From Squalus acanthias (taxonomy: Eukaryota): a stretch of 64,000 nt of DNA. The notes below the pieces were generated by a model. That model saw only the letters and a list, made by a program, of their open reading frames with translations. It did not search any database and had not been told where the DNA came from. Of this stretch, positions 60,384-64,000 are shown piece after piece. Position 1 is the first letter of the stretch. Each line of letters opens with the position of its first letter. A program made the translations under genes and the position numbers. The DNA lies in contig CM059432.1 in NCBI GenBank assembly GCA_030390025.1, positions 146,074,001-146,138,000 of the forward strand, read 5' to 3'.

Positions 60384-62786
60384 CAGTGGTTCCCAACCTG
60401 TGGTCCGCGGACCACCAGTGATCCACGAGGGTACTGCAGGTGGTCCGTGAAAAAAAATAATTATGATACTGTAATAATAATATAATCACGTGTACCTCGT
60501 ATGTATCATATTCGATATTACATTAGTATTCGCAGTGTAATATGCTTCACAAACATCCTTGTGATTCTCTGAATTTAAATAGTGTGGCGCTTTTGCGTGA
60601 CGTCAATGTGAACCGACGCTCTTCGAAAATTCGATGGTTAGAGCGCGGGAATCAAAAAATGGATCGGTGGCTTTTATCTGGCACGCGTAAGCGAACTCTC
60701 TACTATGGCCAAAATGACAGTGAGACATCAGCAAATGAAACTCGGCACAACAAAAGTAAGCGAAAAGTGAGGAGAAAATACAGCAGTGAATACTTAAAAC
60801 TGGGATTTACTTACGCTGGAACTGAGAACGAACTGTTACCAGTATGTGTCGTGCGCTATGATGTTCTGTCGAATGAAAGCCTAAAGCCCGCTAATCTTCG
60901 CCATCATCTTGAGACTAAGTGTGGGGAATACGTGTCCAAGCCAACTGGATTTATTTACAACCAGCTCAAAGAATTTCAACAAAGCAAGACAATTATGGAA
61001 TGCACATCTAAAGGCAGTGATAATGCTAAGGCGGTGGAGGCCTCGTACCGGGTAGCTAGGCTCATAGCAAAGACAGGGAAGCCGCACCCAATCGGGGAGG
61101 AGTTGATATTGCCAGCAGCTAAGGAGATGGTGGGTTTTATGCTGGGAGAGGGGGCCTGCAAGCAAATTAACATGATTTCATTGTCAGATAACACAGTTCA
61201 ACGCAGAATTGATGAGATGGCTCAGGACTTGTGTGATCAGCTAATAGCGAGAATACAAGTGAGTCGTTTTTATGCACTTCAACTGGATTAATCAACGGAC
61301 ATTGCAAACCTTTCAAACCTGATCACCTATGTAAGGTATGAGCACAATGGAGAGATACATGAGGACTTTCTCTTTTGTAAATCGTTGCCCACACGCTCAA
61401 CTGCAGAGGCTATTTTTGGAATGTTGAACAGTTTCATTATTGAAAATGGGATTAATTAGTCAAAATGTGATGGACTTGGCACAGATGGGGCCCGTGCGAT
61501 GTTAGGCCAACACAGTGGGGCTGTTGCACGTGTAAGAGCAGTGGCTCCGCCTAGCATCATCCATTCACTGCAGCATCCATAGGGAGGCGTTAGCTGCAAA
61601 GAAAATGCCTGCTGATATCAAGACCGTTTTGGAGGAAGCCGTTAAAACTGTTAATTATATCAAGGCCCGTCCACTGAATTCGCGAATATTTGCAGCTATT
61701 TGTGACGAGATGGGCAGTGATCACCTTCAACTACTTCTGCACACCGAGGTCCGCTGGCTGTCCCGAGGAAAGGTACTCACTCGTCTTTTAGAGTTGCATG
61801 ATGAGGTGAGAATTTTTTTACTGGACTCAAAGTTTGAACTTTCACATCGCTTCGGTGATTTTCAGTGGCTTGTATTAGTTTATATGGCAGATATTTTCGA
61901 TCACTTGAATGGTCTCAATCTGCGTCTTCAGGGAAAATCAGTGACATTCTTTCATGTGCAGGACAAAATAGAAGTGATGATCAAGAAAATAGAGATGTGG
62001 GCCAAACGACTTGAGCAGTCAAATTACGACTCGTTTGCGAATCTGTCTGATTTTTTGGTCACGGCAGAGATGCAGCTTCCAAACAGTGTGAAACATATCA
62101 TCAGAGAGCACCTCCAAAGTTTGAAAATAAACCTACGCAAGTACTTCCCTGTGCCCGACACAAAATTCAACTGGATACAAAATCCCTTGGCGAGCCTTGA
62201 TGATGACATCCTCGCAAGCCTGACCTCGACAGAGCAAGACAACCTTGTGGAACTGTCCTGTGACAGTGCTTTAAAGCAGGATTTTTCTCGGCAATACCTG
62301 ACTGACTTTTGGCTGAAAGTTGATTCGGAATATCCAGCACTGTCCGACAAGGCAGTAAAGTTTGTAATGCCTTTTCCCACAACCTACCTTTGCGAAACTG
62401 GATTTTCTGCGCTTGTCGCATTGAAGACCAAATATCGGAATAAACTTCATGTTGAACCAGATCTCCGATTGAGACTGTCATTGCTGGAACCTGACATCCA
62501 GCGTTTGACATCTGCGAAACAACATCAGCCTTCTCATTAGGTAAGTGTTATCTCTTCCCCACTGGTAGGCCTACTGCAGGTAAATGTGCTGTGACGAGTG
62601 CAATGTATTTGTGAGTGAGCACAATAAATGATTAGAAACAGCTACGTTTTTAATACCTGTTGATATATAAGTTTGACTCCCGTCAGCCATAGGCGATGAT
62701 AAAAATGTTTTAAATAGCTAGTGGTCCGCAAAAGCTTTTGATGACGATGTAGTGGTCCGCATAAAGGAAGAGGTTGGGAACCGCTG
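60384..62786 (+). mobile_element. Full-length hAT transposon, Buster/Charlie family (2403 bp)
   Basis: TIRs CAGTGGTTCCCAACCT / AGGTTGGGAACCGCTG (15 of 16 match), perfect 8-bp TSD GTGTAATT with central TA. Confidence 0.93.
60659..62540 (+). pseudogene. hAT transposase (ZBED5/SCAND3-like), inactivated by stops and a frameshift
   Basis: MDRWL start, BED-finger remnant, ALQLD*STD, TDGARAM, CSIHREAL, EVRWLSRG, TYLCETGFS; stops at 61291 and near 61459. Confidence 0.9.
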
Positions 62787-64000
62787 GTGTAATTCATTTA
62801 TAAAGTTCTTAAAGTGTGAAGGGAGAGCAGGGAGTGTTGCTGGACGTTCGCAAGGCTTTGGCTCTTAAAGGAAGGCCTCTGAAAACACCACTTGCTCCCA
62901 GTCCTGGGGGCTCTAGTTGCAGTCCCCCTTGGGCTGCAGCATGACATGGAGATAGAGCAGAGGCAGCAAAGGGGACAAGCTGCTCACAGAGGGGGGAGGA
63001 GGAGGAAGAGGAGGAAGCAGAAGAGGAGGAAATGGAAGGAAGGTTGCAACCCAGACAGCTCCTTTCTGGCAGGGATGTCCGGGATTAAATCAACCGCCTG
63101 TGGTACCAGTGAACACAACCCCATTCTCGCCTTTCAACATTTGTCCCACAGCTTACCACCTTCCCTCTGTTACTGACCATCACATCGTCCTCTTGGCCAC
63201 AATGTTGAAATAAAAGCCACCACAAAGCAAACTTTCCTATCCAACTTTATCCATATATGCACCAAAAAATCAACTAATTACCCTTGTGCATTCACTTAGT
63301 GGGTGTCTTGTGTGTGCCTTTGCCTATCCTAGTGCTCTTTCACAGTGCTACCCCAGTGGCTGCAGCATGACTGTTGGAAGGCTGCTGACTTTCAGTGGGG
63401 GACACTGCAAATGGCCTTGCAGGACGACCTTGAGGAGCTGGTGAAATCGAGTGATGGTGTTTCTTCTTCTTCACCCTCCTCCTTCATCTTATTGACCCAC
63501 TGGTTAGGCAGGCTGGATTTTTTGGGTGTCTGAAATGAGGAAAACACAAAGGGTAGGGTTCGGTTGGGAAAGCAAGAGCTGCATGCTTACATCTTTTGCA
63601 GCTTGTAAATCAGAAGATATTGTGGGATGAGGAGGAAGTGGGATGTGAGAAAGAGGATAACGCAGGAGGATACCGGCAGCTTGTATTCCCAGCCCTGCCG
63701 CTGGCCAAGGGCTCAGCCATGCCCCTGCCAAGAATGACCAGCACCGTCTCCTCCAAGGGAGCGAGGTGAAGCTAGGAATGTGAGGTGTGCCTCGTGCATG
63801 TAAAAGATTGTTGGTAGGTGAGTGATTGGCGGGGGGTGGGGGGCGGGGGGCGTCGTGCACTGAGCAGTATGTGAAGCTAGTGGTGCAGTTGGTAGGAGAC
63901 GGCTTTTGAAGATGCATTCACTGGCCTGGACCACTCGTCCGAGGTCATGAAACTTCGTTGGGCACTGGAGCCAGGTCCTGGGGGGACGACACTGCTGGCA

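Larger units (their letters stand above)
59985..64000 (+). mobile_element. Internally deleted Harbinger element (host of the hAT); Myb gene remnant on - near the window end
   Basis: Matches 37840-38560; minus strand 63930-63980 reads RTWLQCPTKFHDLGRVVQ. Confidence 0.7.

Noticed and set aside
60542..62540. Calling the hAT ORFs ZBED5/SCAND3
   Set aside because: TIRs and TSD are intact and the frame is broken, so it is a dead transposon.

Overview
Vertebrate genomic DNA, most likely from a cartilaginous fish (inferred from the repeat content: Deu-domain tRNA-SINEs, young CR1/L2 LINEs, Penelope-type repeats and many Harbinger elements). The window lies within one minus-strand host gene that I recognise as RGS22. 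Five coding exons (49068-48847, 44640-44555, 36980-36815, 32351-32198, 6620-5921) have canonical AG/GT ends and compatible phases and splice into one open frame of 1328 nt; the start and the rest of the gene are probably outside the window. The introns are largely nested mobile DNA: (i) a decayed retroviral env gene of foamy/lokiretrovirus type with a polypurine tract and a 680-bp LTR (about 2640-5086); (ii) a cluster of two-gene PIF/Harbinger transposons (HARBI1-like transposase plus intron-containing Myb/SANT gene) at about 16.9-30.2 kb, with further relics and several MITE families; (iii) a full-length hAT/Buster element with TIRs and an 8-bp TSD (60384-62786); (iv) Penelope-type repeats carrying minimal hammerhead-ribozyme cores; (v) many CR1, L2 and related LINE pieces, one apparently headed by a tRNA-derived sequence. 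Most short ORFs in the track are antisense or off-frame shadows of these repeats. All family assignments come from motif recognition by eye; no database search was run.
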